This document shows, one piece after another, positions 12,380-26,211 of a DNA stretch of 64,000 nucleotides. The notes below the pieces were generated by a model. That model made no database searches and was not told the DNA's origin. It saw nothing but the letters and a program-made list of their open reading frames with translations. The translations under genes were made by a program, and so were the position numbers. This DNA comes from Octopus sinensis (taxonomy: Eukaryota): assembly GCF_006345805.1 (NCBI RefSeq), contig NC_043003.1:64604001-64668000 (forward strand), read 5' to 3'. The first letter of the stretch is position 1; each line of letters begins with the position of its first letter.

Positions 12380-13369
12380 CCTGTCTGTGTCTATATCTAT
12401 GTATGTATATATCTATGTGTGTGGGTCTATGTGTGTGGTATAAGACTATAAAAGAATATATCAGGCTACAAGATTTTAAAATTTTTTATAAGAGGTGTTA
12501 AAAGTGTCGTCCTTCATTTCCAATACATAAGTTGACTCTTCTCGACATTCTGAACACCTTATATAATCTTTGTGTGAAACGAGTATCAACAGTGTTAATC
12601 TCAGAGACACGTAAGAGAAATGAAGTTACTAAAGGCAACATAAAAAAAAAATACCCTATATTCAAAAGCTGGTTTGAGGGTTACTACCAATTTTGTTGTA
12701 TATATTGCCCTCTAATTCATTAGCGACGTTGACTGGGTCCTTAGAATATCGGAAGTTTTAAGAGGTTCGTACTCAGTAATGTGGCCCAGCGAGCTGTATT
12801 TCTTATTCATATCATAAGTATATACTCGAGGAATATTTCGTTAATTTCTAGAAGAGAGTTCAAATTGTATCACGGGTTCAGCTTGGAAATGAGAACTCGA
12901 TTGAAGTTAGAAGGGGTTAGGTGTCCATTGCTGACGACTGCTTTCTTTTAGGATAATTATGGCATGGCACATTGGGCAAGTATCTTTTACCATAATCTCT
13001 GATCGGTCAGAGCTTTATTTGTAAAATTCAGGAGACGAAGACCGTAGAAGCCTCTAGAAAGGACTGTTTCTGTTCTTGAGTTGTGGTCTTAATCTATCTC
13101 CCTGTTTAGCTCTTATCTAAGATCTTTGGGTGCCTTTAGCAGACTGCATTCTGTTCCAAGTATTCATATGATGCCTCCTGTTTGAGGAATATTTTTGCTC
13201 TTTCTCTTACCAGTTTTGAAGACCTTGAAAAAATCATAGCTGCTAGCCACCCCACTCTGACAATGTCATAAAAACTGATAAGAAATGAGGATTATGAGTT
13301 TTTGAATAAGATAAACGCGAATAAAATACTAAATTATATATATCTAAATACTTTTATCAGGGCGACAGA

Positions 13370-14207
13370 CTTATCTATTCCAGACACAAGGCCCGAAATT
13401 TTGAAGGAGGGGGCTATTCGATTAGATCGACGCCAGTACGCAACTAGTACTTAATTTATAGACCCCGAAAGGATGAAAGGCAAAGTCGACCTTAGCGGAA
13501 TTTGAACTTAAAACGTAAAGACTGATGAAATACTGCTAAGCATTTCACCCGGTGAGCTAAACACAGAGATGACAAACAAGGACAGACAAACGAATCAAGT
13601 CGATTATATCAAACCCAGTGCGTAACTGGTACTTATTTAATCGACCCCGAAAAGATGAAAGGCAAAGTCGACCTCGGCGGAATTTGAACTCAGAACGTAG
13701 GGTCAGACAAAATACTGCTAAGCATTTCGCCCGGCGTGCTAACATTTCTGCCAGCTCGCCGCCTTTCTAAAGACAGATGAAATACTTATTTCTTCACTAC
13801 CCACAAGGGGTTAAACACAGAAGGGACAAACAAGGACAGACAAACGGATTAAGTCGATTAAACGACTCCAGTGCGTAACTGGTACTTATTTAATCGACCC
13901 CGAAAGGATGAAAGGCAAAGTCGACCTTAGCGGAATTTGAACTTAAAACGTAAAGACTGATGAAATACCAATTTCAATTTCTTTATTACCCACAAGGGGC
14001 TAAACACAGAGGGGACAAACAAGGACAGACATAGGTATTAAGTCGATTATATCGACCCCAGTGCGTAACTGGTACTTAATTTATCGACCCCGAAAGGATG
14101 AAAGGCAAAGTCGACCTCGGCGGAATTTGAACTCACAACGTAACGCAGACGAAATACCGCTAGGCATTTCACCCGGTGTGCTAACGACTCTGCCAGCTCA
14201 CCGCCTT
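13370..14207 (-). mobile_element. Cluster of four tandem/nested SINE family B copies
   Basis: Repeated GACCCCGAAAGGATGAAAGGCAAAGTCGACC blocks at ~13461, 13645, 13896, 14086. Confidence 0.9.
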
Positions 14208-14937
14208 TCAAGGCGACAAACTGACAGATTGTTACCTCGTCGAGCAAACGTTGTTTAGCAACATTTCTCTTGGCTTTTTGAGTTCGAATTCCACCTAAGT
14301 CAACTTTGTCTTTATTTTTTTTTTCCGAAGTCGTTGAATTCCCAGTTGAGCAGTAAGGTCGATGTGTTCGACTTCGGTCCTCGCTTTAAACCTTGTACCA
14401 AAAATCTAAAACCAGTTAAATTCGTTTTATCGAAAATATAGCTGTAAAAATTGGTATCGTTTATACAAACCTAAAGAGATTATATAAAGGAAGTGAACAG
14501 TGAGTTCCAATTGTTTCACTAGTTTAGAAATTCTTGTGTCACCCCAGTGACAAAAATATATAAAAAGGAATCTTTTGTCATAGTTATTAACATGATACTT
14601 TCTATATGTACATCGTTAAAATTAATTGATGAGATAACATCGTTCAAGTGGTTGATGAAACAACAAAACCCGTCAATTAGCTTTGTCCAATGTAACGTTT
14701 ATTAGTCACCAGACTAGCACTCATTTGTTTTTACTTCTTTATTGTTGTAGCTTTATTTTCTGAGCCCCTACTCAAAATAAATATACAGATTTGTTCTTTA
14801 GTCAAAAGCTCTTTTGGTTGCATTGATAGTGTTCTAAACAACCATTAGTGGGTGGGGGTCAGTAGTTCGAGAAGTCACTGGTATTGCGTTGATCCTCATC
14901 AAAGCACTTCGCGCTAAAATAAACAAGAAAAAAAGCC

Positions 14938-15308
14938 CAACAAGAGCACATAGAGCGCTCAATCCTCCGCCCAAACAACACCAACATCCGCTCAACGATT
15001 AGCCAGAGATGATTTTTAGAATGAGAATATCTGAAATAAACTCAACTGCTCTCACAAACGAGAATACTAAAAATGAACCAGACCTCTTTCAAAAATTAAG
15101 TAAAAAACAGGAAAAATAATTCAGAATCCTTGTCCGGTACCGGATCGATCCCAAGATCTAATCAGTTCGTGCCAGTCACGATGCCAAACATCCTTGAAAG
15201 TTTCATCCGAATCCATCCAGCGGTTCTTGAGATATCTTGTCCACGGACAAACAAACACGACTGTGTTTGAAAAGAACACCTCCACCTTAGTGAAGGCAGA
15301 GGTAAAAA
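14938..15308 (-). mobile_element. Non-autonomous Helentron/HINE (DINE-1-like) element
   Basis: Minus strand starts TTTTTACCTCTGCC...GGAGGT (short subterminal inverted repeat), then GTTTGTTTGTCC...GGATGAAACTT, and ends GAGCGCTCTATGTGCTCTTGTT; this pattern is typical of HINE-type repeats. Confidence 0.6.
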
Positions 15309-16317
15309 TAATAGAATTAAAATCCCTCAGGTAGTGGTATGATTATGTTGTTTAGCCAATTCTGTTTGTGCAGCTTTCTGATTAAGGTCGCCCCATTCGT
15401 GAGTATCCTGCCTTTACATTCTAAATCAAATGCTATCGCGGTCGATCTTACTTTTCATCTTCTCGGCATCAATAAAATAATTACTTGTTGGGTGCTGGGG
15501 TGGATGTAATCGTCTGATCTCCTTCCTTAAAATTTCAGGCCTTGTGCCAAAATTTGTAATTGTTATATCGACTGCGGTAAAAGATACCTGCAGTCGACCA
15601 GAATCTTGTTTCAGTTCTCATCAGGTTTATTCACGATCAGTTTAAAAATGAAAATATTCTGTGCTTCTAAAAATATTCAGATAGTAATGCTTCCATTTAA
15701 TTGGTTTACTTCCAAGACAACAGTAAATTTACTCTTTCTCAAAGAGTATTTGAAGCACTAAGAATATAGGTCAATGGGTTGTCAGAATAATGAGCCTTTA
15801 ACTGCGATGACTTTGCAATGACTGCTACTTAATATACCATTCTCAACGAGTCAAGGAAGGACATCATCGTGGTCGCTCGATCAACTATAAATAGCAGCGA
15901 AATTCTTCTCAAATCGTACCTTGTTGATGAATCTGTTATATTCGACTGTGAGTGTGCCAACGGTTTAATCAACGGAACACACTACTCATTGTATCAGTAT
16001 GTGGATAGCTGAGCATTCCACAAGGGTATGTCAGGCTGATACTTTGTGGAGGTTTGCGCAACTTCCACGCAGTATCAGCTTGACATGATCTTGAGTCTTG
16101 ATAAAAGACTCTTGTCCAAGACAACATGTATTTGGATCGGACCCGATATATCCTGATTGCGAAGTGGGTTACTTAACCACTCAGCTGTACTTGCGTTCCA
16201 CATCGTATCCTATGATCTTAAAATAAGGACACACACAAGAAATTACACATTCTTTTATCCTTTTATGTATTTATGTGGCCATGCTAGGGAACCATCGGTA
16301 TTATCAACTTTTCTATG

Positions 16318-17150
16318 GTCATTCCTATGTCGTTGGCTTTTGGTGAATGAGAGAGTTTGATAGTGCTTCCCTCATCTGAGTTTCTTGCTGAGGTTTAGGT
16401 TCGTCTGGGATCATGGAGAGTATAAAGTCAAGATGCTTTTCGAAAACCTCTATCCCAACTCCGTGTAGATCTCAGGTTCTTTCTCCGCCAAGATATGAAG
16501 TAGCTGCGGGCCTTTGAATCCCTAGTTATTGCAGTATCTGGTCCTTACTCTAAACATAATGGGTGGGCCCTTTCAAACAGTGCAGTGGCATCTTGTTCGG
16601 GATCACATAACTTTCGATGTCAAAGTTTCATACCAGTTCCTCGAGGATCTTCCGTATCTATATCACCGAATATCTCTTCTGACTTCGTTCGAGGGAGTAG
16701 AGCCGCAATTCTGTCACTATCTCTCAGTTGCTCAAGTATTTCATTGATGCAATCTTCTTGGTGTAGCACCACTGAAACTGCCTCAAGTTCCGCTATTAAA
16801 TTGACGCTGTGGTGGGACCATAGTTAAGATCAGCGGTCTAGAAGACTGAGGACAAATATCCTCTATCGGGTCAGCATAGTTTCTTGGTCCCTTATTTCGA
16901 AAGTTCTCAGAATCTATCCAGCCATTCGCCCGTACATTGCCACCATATTGGTAATATGTACATAAAACAGTGCATCATGGTTCATATCAATACCCAGGTA
17001 CCGCACTGTGTTCGACTCTGGGGTTGCCGCTCCTTTTGGTCCAAAGTACCTTTGTTGCAACGTGTTAGCACAAGCTGAATGATGGCTGGGAGATAAGAAT
17101 TTTCTAGCATTAAACTGGATGCTGTTTCCTTCAGCTCATTAGTATATGAC
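16318..17150 (-). mobile_element. Degenerate CR1-type LINE 3' remnant
   Basis: Minus translation ...VRYLGIDM...ILRTF...LWSHHSVNLIAELEAV...LRLYSLER...IPDEP with stops; homologous to 10010-10790. Confidence 0.8.
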
Positions 17151-17310
17151 CTCTAGATCTTTCTGTTAAAGTTTACATTAATTAATTCATAAGACATAAG
17201 TAGAGATATAAATTCAAAGCCCTATTTATATCACAGACATTAACTCATATGCACATACGCACATATATGTTCGTTCCATCGTGAATTTATATATTAACAC
17301 ACACACACAC

Positions 17311-17347
<37 letters not shown>

Positions 17348-18289
17348 AGACAGACATCAGAGATTCTAAATCATGCACGCATAAACATATATGATTGTAC
17401 GTATGTATATTTTATCTTATGCGTGTATGTGTGTGTATATATGCATGCGTGCATATATAGTATATATATATTATATAGATATATATATTATATATATAAA
17501 ATATTATTAGAGACAAACACTATTTTGCAAAAACAAACAAGGAAAGACTTATCAATACATAAAATTTATAAATTTATAAAATTTAGTATTGATAAGTCTT
17601 TCCTTGTTGTTTTGCAAATAGTGGTTTTGTCTCTAATAATATTTATAATATGTTACTATAAAATTGGATTTATATTAAATCTGATTTTTCCTGTAAATTT
17701 GGATTTATTCCCTAATATTTATTATATATATATATATATATAATATATATATATATTGTATATATATATATATATATATACATAAATGTGTGTGGGCGTG
17801 TGTGTAGCTGCAAGTATGTGTCTGTGTCGTGTTAGGATTCATGTAGCCGTACACGTGTTCAACTGTAGGAACCAGATCGAATAACAGAAGCAATTAAACC
17901 TTTTCATGCAAGATGCCTTTTTTCTGAATAATTGCTCAAAACCAGAAATGATTTCATCTTCAGAGAGGAGTCACCACCACTGTGACTATATCAGGAGTAG
18001 GTCAAGTTTTGACCTTTGCTGGCCATTCCTCTTGAACTAAAAAATACTTGTTGACTATGTTGTCATAAAATGAACCAGATTTTATAGATACACATATATG
18101 GTAATGTGCGTGCGCGTGTGAGAGTGTGTGTTTGTGTTTCCTTGGTTATGATATATATATAAGTGCATAATTTATAATTGCATATGTATATATTACAAAC
18201 GCACACACACATACACACACATGTGTATGTATGTATATATTATATATATATATACTTATATAAATTATGTACATCTCTGTACCTCTCCG

Positions 18290-18459
<170 letters not shown>

Positions 18460-19101
18460 ATGTGTATGCATGTATCTAATTAACTTAAAGCTAAATAACT
18501 AAATAATTATATATATTGTGTTATATATATATATATAATAATTATTATATAGTTTTATATATATATATAATATACATATTAATGTATATATATATATATG
18601 TGTTAGATATATATATATATATATATATATATAGATATATATATATATATATTATATATATATACATATATATGTATTATATAATATATTGTGTGTTGTG
18701 TGTGTGTGTTGTATACATATATATAGAGAGAGATATACGCACACTTACGTATACATACATTGACCTAGTTAGACGTACGTATATACAGAAATATACATGT
18801 GTGTGTGAGTGAGTGAGTGAGTCAGTGAGTGAGTGTGTGTGTGTGTGTGTGCGTGTATGTATGTGCGTGCGCGCGCTTGGTGTGTGTATGTATAGATGAA
18901 AGCCACTTTACAAACAAACAATGGGACTACACGTAATTTCCTGTAAGAAATTATCATCGCTAGATAATATGGCAGAAAGTTGTCTAAATTGCTTGAACAG
19001 TTTAAAAGGAAAGAGATAAAAGTCTTAGGAAAGGTGTAGGAGCACTCCCTGACTTCCTTTACTCACTCATTGCACACGCATTTAATTGCAGTCACATAAT
19101 G

Positions 19102-19162
<61 letters not shown>

Positions 19163-19165
<3 letters not shown>

Positions 19166-19647
19166 ATTGTTTTGTCTTGGTATAAAAGATGGGCTACAGC
19201 AAATATTCTGCTCAATACCACAGATTTGCTTGTCAGTTGTTTGACCTTAAACAGTTGAGCATGTCCCTTAGTGACTGACGATATGTGCATCTCTGATCAC
19301 GAGCAGAAGTAGTGGGGGAGCATCATAGCCATGTGTTGAGAAGGATTCTTTGGGATTTGAATAATTCACCTCTGGAAACATGGGTGTTTCGTTCAACGTC
19401 CTTAAACAACCCTTATTCAGGGACCTTTTGAGCAGGATGGGTTACTCGATCTGAAGAAAATTCTAACTGGGCTCCACCTGCAAGGTCATGTGCTGTTTAT
19501 CTTGATATGAGATCACCATGTCGCGCACATATGGTTGTGATGCATGTGCCTGGTGTACCCTTATCAGACGGGTAGTCATGATGGGTATACTGGGCTTCGT
19601 ATATTTTACCCCAGTGTCACTTTGATGGCATGCTCTGCTCGCTCACT
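19163..19647 (+). mobile_element. Repeat family C (non-coding retroposon-like), flanked by (AAT)n on both sides
   Basis: Homologous to 22507-23050 and to fragments at 1843-1900 and 2123-2183; ends CTCACTC-(AAT)n. Confidence 0.8.
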
Positions 19648-19648
19648 C

Positions 19649-19722
<74 letters not shown>

Positions 19723-19859
19723 TAATAACAATAACAATAATAACAATAATAATAATAATAATAGTAATAATAATAATAATAACAATAATAATAATAATAA
19801 TAACAATAATAACAATAATAATAATAATAATATAATAATAATAATAATAATAATAATAA

Positions 19860-22207
19860 GCAACTGGAAGGCACCTGGGCATAACAAGATCCCCAACTTC
19901 TGGTTGAAATATCTAACAGGAATGCACAAAAAGCTGGCTGAAAACTTTAACAACATACTAGCAGAGCCAGAGACAATGCCTGAATGGCTGACGAAGAGGA
20001 AAGCCATCTTAATTCCCAAATCAAATGAGACAGCAAACCGAAAACTACAGACCTATAACCTGTCTCCCTACAATGTACAAGGCATTTACTGCAGTAATAT
20101 CGCAAAGATTGAACAAGCACCTGGACGAAAACAACCTGTTTCCAGAAGAGCAGAAAGGATGCCGCAAAGGCTCATATGGCTGTAAAGATCAACTAATGAT
20201 CAATAAAGCCATAATTGAAGACAGCCACAGAAAGAAGAAAGGCCTCAGTATGGCCTGGATCGACTACAAAAAGGCGTTTGATAGCATCCCCCACACATGG
20301 ATCCTCGAAACACTAGCCATTAACAAAGTAGCACCAACAATTATAAAATGCATAGGACACTATGAATAAATGGCAAACAGTGCTACAGCTCCAAACAAAA
20401 GAGGGACTCATGAAAACCAAAGCCATCCCCATTAGAAGAGGAATATTCCAGGGAGACACGCTCTCTCCACTCCTTTTCTGCTTGGCACTGTCACCTCTAT
20501 CTGATATGCTAAATAGAACTGGATGCGGATATAAATGTTACGGCAAAACGATCAGCCACCTTTTATATATGGATGTCCTAAAACTATACGCTGCAAATGA
20601 CAAACAGCTGGAAACACTATTAAAGACAGTTCATGGATTTACCAAAGAAATAGAAATGAAATTTGGATTAGAAAATGCGCCAAAGTAACCCTGAAAAGAG
20701 GAAAACTAGTTAAGAGTAGCAACATCACACTAGATAAAACCAATGAAAAAAAGAATTAGACCAAAGCCAAACTTACAAATACTTAGGAATCCATGAACTA
20801 GATAAGACACAACACACACAAATGAAAGAGAAAATAAAAAAAAATATTATAGACGAGTTAGATCAATACTAAAAACAGAGCTCAATGCTAAAAACAAGAT
20901 AATAGGTATTAACACTTTAGCTGTCCCAGTTATAAGTTACAGCTACAATATCCTTAACTGGACACTAAATGAACTGACCAAAATAGATAGGAAAACAAGA
21001 AAAATAATGACAGGATCTAGGATGCATCACCCAAAATCTGACAAAGAAAGACTATACATACAACGTATAGAAAGTGGTAGAGGCCTTATACAGCTGGAAA
21101 ACTACTATAAAATAACCACCTCAGGACTGCAAAAATATCTACTTCAGAGGGAAGGAAAACTGATACAAATAGCGGCAAAACACGAGCAAAACAAAAAACT
21201 GTTCTTAGTATTTAAGGAAGCTGACAAATACAAACAAGAAATCATACCACCTAACAAATATAAAGAAGAAGATGAAGAAACAACAAAAGCTATAAAACAA
21301 ATGAAATCCAAACTAAAACTAGAGCAGCAAAGAACCATGATAAAACGATGGCAAGAAAAGCCCCTTCATGGTAAATACTGGACTAAACTAATGCAAAAGA
21401 ATAGACAAAGAAAAAATCCCAGCAATGGTTGAGAAGCTCAGGACTCAAAGCAGACAGAGGGATTTTTAATTGCAGCACAAGTACAAAGCCTCCCCACCAG
21501 AAATTACCAAAAACATGTAATGAAAAGAAATATAACAAGTAACTGCAGAATATGTGGAGAAGGACAAGAAACAATAAATCATATTATCTCTGGCTGCCCA
21601 GTCTTGGTTAAGAAGGAATATATTCACAGACATGACAGAGCTGGGACCTACATACACTGGAAGCTATGCCAACATTATGGAATAACAACAGAAAAAAGAT
21701 GGTATAGGCACACACCAGAAAAGGTCACAGAAAACGAGAAAGCAACCATACTCTGGGATATGCCGATACACACAGATAGAGAAATTAAGGCCAACAGACC
21801 AGATATAGTTGTCAGAGATCATGAAGAAAAAAAATGCCTTCTAACTGATATATCAATACCAGCAGATGACAACGTGTCTCTAAAAGAAATGGAGAAACTT
21901 TCAAAATACAAAGACCCGGAAATAGAGGTAACCAGAATGGGGAATCTAAAAAACAGAAACAATTCCTATCATGGTAGGTGCATTAAGCATGATAAAAAAT
22001 ATTCAGACAGATACATAACAAAAACGCCAGGACTTACAAACACATATAACATACAGAAAATTGCACTACTAGGCACTGCACACATCCTACGCAGAACACT
22101 TTCCATACAATAACCATCAGAGCATCACAACAAATCACAGCACATACCCAAGGCACACAGAGCTGCGCTCGGTAGTGAAGTGAAAGCACGCTATAAAAAT
22201 AAAACTA

Positions 22208-22210
<3 letters not shown>
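19860..22210 (+). mobile_element. 5'-truncated R4/Dong-clade non-LTR retrotransposon (RT + CCHC finger + REL endonuclease), frameshifted
   Basis: NWKAPG; NYRPITCLPTMYK; EQKGCRKGSYGCKDQL; WIDYKKAFDSIPH; GIFQGDTLSPLLF; HLLYMDVLKLY; CRICGEGQETINHIISGC; RPDIVVRD...DISIP...KLSKY. Flanked by (AAT)n at 19648-19858 and 22211-22287. Confidence 0.93.
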
Positions 22211-22290
<80 letters not shown>

Positions 22291-22364
22291 TAAAAATAAT
22301 AATAATAATAATTATTATTATTATTATTATCATTATTATTATTTCAAATTTTTGCCACAAGGGC

Positions 22365-22505
22365 AGCCTGGGGAAGTGGGGATGAGTCGATTATCTCGAA
22401 AGGATAAAAGGCAAAGTCGACCTCGGCGAAACTTGAACTCAGAACGTAGAGACGGGCGAAATACAGCTAACATTTCGTCCAGCGTGCTAACAATTCTGCC
22501 AGCTC
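22365..22505 (-). mobile_element. SINE family B
   Basis: AAAGGCAAAGTCGACCTCGGCG...GAACTCAGAACG...TCTGCCAGCTCG. Confidence 0.85.
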
Positions 22506-22506
22506 G

Positions 22507-23050
22507 TGTCCTGATGCAGTAAAAGGCAGTGACTCTAATGGCTTCCCATCTTGGAAGTATTATCACGTACATTATTTTGTCTTGGTATAAAAGATGGGCT
22601 ACAGTAAATATTCTGCTCAATACCACAGATTTGCTTGTCAGTTGTTTGACCTTCATCAGTTGAGCATGTTCCTTGGTGGCTGACGATACGTGCATCTCTG
22701 ATCATGAGCAGAAGTTGTGGGGGTGCATCATAGCCATGTGTTCAGAGGAATTCTTGGAGGTTTGGATAATTCACCTTTGGAAACGAGGGTGTTTCGTTCA
22801 ATATCTTTAAATAATCCTTATTCAGGGACCTTTTGAATGGGATGGGTTACTCGACCGAAAGAAATTCTAACTGGGCGCCCACCTGCAAGGTCATGTGATG
22901 TTCGTTTTCATATGAGATCACCATGTCGCGCACATATGGTTGTGATGCATGTGTCTGGTGTACCCTCATCGGATGGGTAGTTATGATGGCTATACTGAGC
23001 TTCGAATATTTGTACCCCAGTGTTACTTTGATGGCATGCATTGCTCTCTA
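22507..23050 (+). mobile_element. Repeat family C, longest copy
   Basis: Aligns with 19163-19647 plus ~60 bp extra at the 5' end; followed by AATAATAATAAT. Confidence 0.8.
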
Positions 23051-23114
23051 AATAATAATAATATTTATGGTTTCAAACTTTGCCTCAATAGCAGGTATTT
23101 TGGTGGAGGTTATT

Positions 23115-23315
23115 AGTCGAATACATCGACCCCATCGTCTCACTGGTACTTAATTTATCGACCCCGAAAGGCTGAAAGGCAAAGTCGACCTCGGTGGAAT
23201 TTGAACACAAAACGTAGGGACGGGCGAAATACCGCTAAGCATTTCGTCCAGCGTGCTAACGATTCTGTCAGTCACCGCCTTAATAATAATATAATAATAT
23301 AATAATAATAATAAT

Positions 23316-23372
<57 letters not shown>

Positions 23373-23373
23373 C

Positions 23374-23430
<57 letters not shown>

Positions 23431-23545
23431 TCCGCCTTTCATCCTTTCGGAGTCGATAAAATAAGTACCAGTTGAACATTAGGGTCCATGAAGTCGACTC
23501 ATCCCCTCCCTTCAAATTGCTGCCCTTGTGACAAAATTCGAAACC
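23115..23545. mobile_element. Two oppositely oriented SINE family B fragments around (AAT/AAC)n
   Basis: Minus copy 23115-23241, plus copy 23431-23545. Confidence 0.8.
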
Positions 23546-23645
23546 ATTATTATTATTGTTATTATTATTATTATTTTGTTGTTGTTGTTATCATTATTAT
23601 TTCATATCTATATTATATCATTTTAAAAAATTATTTCTCAAATCA

Positions 23646-23737
23646 GCCCGCACAGCTCAGTCAGTAGAGCATCAGATTTTTATGTACAGTCGAGTGATGA
23701 AATCTGAGGGTCGCGGGTTCCAGTCCCTCTGCGGGCG
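23646..23737 (+). tRNA. tRNA-Lys-TTT: tRNA-Lys(UUU) gene with a 19-nt intron (23683-23701), probably a pseudogene/damaged copy
   Basis: GCCCGCACAGCTCAGTCAGTAGAGCATCAGATTTTTA[TGTACAGTCGAGTGATGAA]ATCTGAGGGTCGCGGGTTCCAGTCCCTCTGCGGGCG: 7/7 acceptor stem, anticodon stem TCAGA/TCTGA, intron at the canonical 37/38 site, T4 at 23744-23747. Defects: C8, A18, T32, C50.T64 mismatch, C57. Confidence 0.85.
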
Positions 23738-23749
23738 ATAAGATTTTAT

Positions 23750-23922
23750 AGGCGTAGGAGTTGCTTTGTGGTAAGTAGCATGCTTACCAACTACATGGTT
23801 CCGAGTTCAGTCCCACTGCGTGGCACCTTAGGCAAGTGTCTTCTATTATAGCCTCGGGCCGACCAAAGCCTTGTGAGTGGATTTGATAGACGAAAACTGA
23901 AAGAAGCCCGTCGTATATATGT

Positions 23923-23987
<65 letters not shown>

Positions 23988-24023
23988 GTAGTATGTATGT
24001 ATATATGTATGTATGTATGTATG

Positions 24024-24057
<34 letters not shown>

Positions 24058-24280
24058 TGTATGTATGTATGTATGTATGTCTGTGTTTGTCCCCCCCCCA
24101 ACATTGCTTGACAATCGATGCTGGTGTATTTACGTCCCCGTAAGTTAGCGGTTCGGCAAAAAGAGACCGATAGAATAAGTACTAAGCTTACAAAGAATAA
24201 GTCCTGGGGTCGATCTGCTCGACAAAAGGCGGTGCTCCAGCATGGCCACAGTCAAATGACTGAAACGTGTAAAAGAGTAA
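23750..24280 (+). mobile_element. SINE family A, full bipartite copy with ~170 bp internal microsatellite
   Basis: Head at 23750, 5' half to ~23914, (AT)/(TATG)n, 3' half 24080-24280. Confidence 0.9.
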
Positions 24281-25255
24281 ATCATCGAAACAATACGAAG
24301 TTCGGAAACCGAGGATTAGTTGTTTGTAAGATATAAAAGAAACAGTGTGTAAGACACGATATAATAGACCGCATGAAACCATTAACACATTTCACAGAGC
24401 AATCTGGCAGGAGACGCGATGACAAGAAAGCTTGCTTGCTTGCTTGCGCTGTGTCTGTGTGACTCACGACGTGGACATGATTCAAACAACTTAGGTATAA
24501 TTGATAACAACGTAAATGAACAATTAAACACCTCCTTCTCTAAACAACCCAAACATTAAACAAGCCTTTCTCTATTCACCTGAAAGTAGATTAGGTTCAA
24601 TGCCTTACCAACTATTCCGATTATTATTTGACACAGTTTTGGAGTATACTTAGAATGAATATGAATACGTCAGTTGGTGGCAACGGGGATGGTGTCGAAA
24701 CTAAGTGAATTGGGGTTAATTATCTGGGAGCTAATTCATTTAGATAAGGTGTGAATATATATATATATATATAAAATTTAAAAATAGGATAAAATCTTTA
24801 TAAGAATTTATCAAGTAGTTAGCGCGAAAAATCTCATAAGGGAAAATTATTAATTATTCCCTTAAAATATATTTATTTATATTAAGGGCATTACCATAAT
24901 AAATGCCACACGCTACGAGGGACTCTAAAGTCAAAACTACCATAATATATATATATATATATAATATATATATAATATATATATATATATACATCAATAG
25001 ATTAGACACACACATTATGCATTGTTATAAATCCGTCTAATAAAGGCCCGAATCATATGTACCGCTGAATCCTTGGCATCATGTTTTTATTTTGATTAAT
25101 TTAGTCCACCACCTACACCACCAACGGTATATACAGGTGCTTACAATTATCAAGTACTCACCCTGAATTTCTATACATACATATATATAATATAATAAAT
25201 AATATATATACATATAAATACACACACACACATATATGTATATGTACACACGTAT

Positions 25256-25343
<88 letters not shown>

Positions 25344-25478
25344 GTGTGTGTGACCGTATATGTATATTTATACATATATACACATACCAACTTCCCTACC
25401 AACCAACCTACCTACCTACCTACCGACCTACCTACCTACCTACCTACCTACATACATACATACACACATGCACATATG

Positions 25479-25522
<44 letters not shown>

Positions 25523-26211
25523 CAGACTGACGGGAAAATGGTGTGATAGACAGGTAACTAGATAGATATATAGATAAGCCAAGGCACTCATAGCAAACAC
25601 ATTCGCAAACATTTTATACGATTTTTATATGAAATAGGAAACAGGATTAAGATTGTACGTGTTGAGAAGTAAGAATATGAAGTGTCGTTCTATTGTAGAA
25701 TTACGGCAGATTTATTCAAGAGGAAAATTAAATAAATCCGGTGTTATCAAGTGTAAATATAGAATGTGATATAGTCTGTTGTGATTAGGAATTTGAGTTG
25801 TGAAAGACATTAAAATTTACCCCCGCCCCTTCTCTCTCTCACTCCTATATTTTTATGCATGCATACATACATAATACATAAATACGTATGTGTGTGTGAG
25901 AGAGAGAGGGAGACAGAGAAAGAGAGAGAGAGAGACTGTGTGTGTGTCAGTGTTCTACAACATATGCATACTACAGTATAGATGCAATAAGCAGATGACC
26001 CTATGGGGCCATCATGGTCAAGTAGTTGAAAAAAATACAGTTCTCTGACGATATGTTTTCTAACCATTGCTGGTCCCATAGGGAGCATCTATTAATTGCA
26101 TCTATTGCGTGCATGCGTTGCAGAATACTGAAACATTGAATAAAAACATTCCATGAAACATTGTGCATGGGCATTGGCCAGTTCATTGGCCATGTTCCTT
26201 TCCTCTTATGC

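Noticed and set aside
13370-14207. Regularly recurring ~35-bp blocks resembling a CRISPR array
   Set aside because: They are SINE cores with homologous rather than unique spacers, in eukaryotic DNA with no cas genes.
15595-15626. Minus-strand CUGAUGA-GAACU-GAAAC
   Set aside because: No valid helix III/UH site or stem I.
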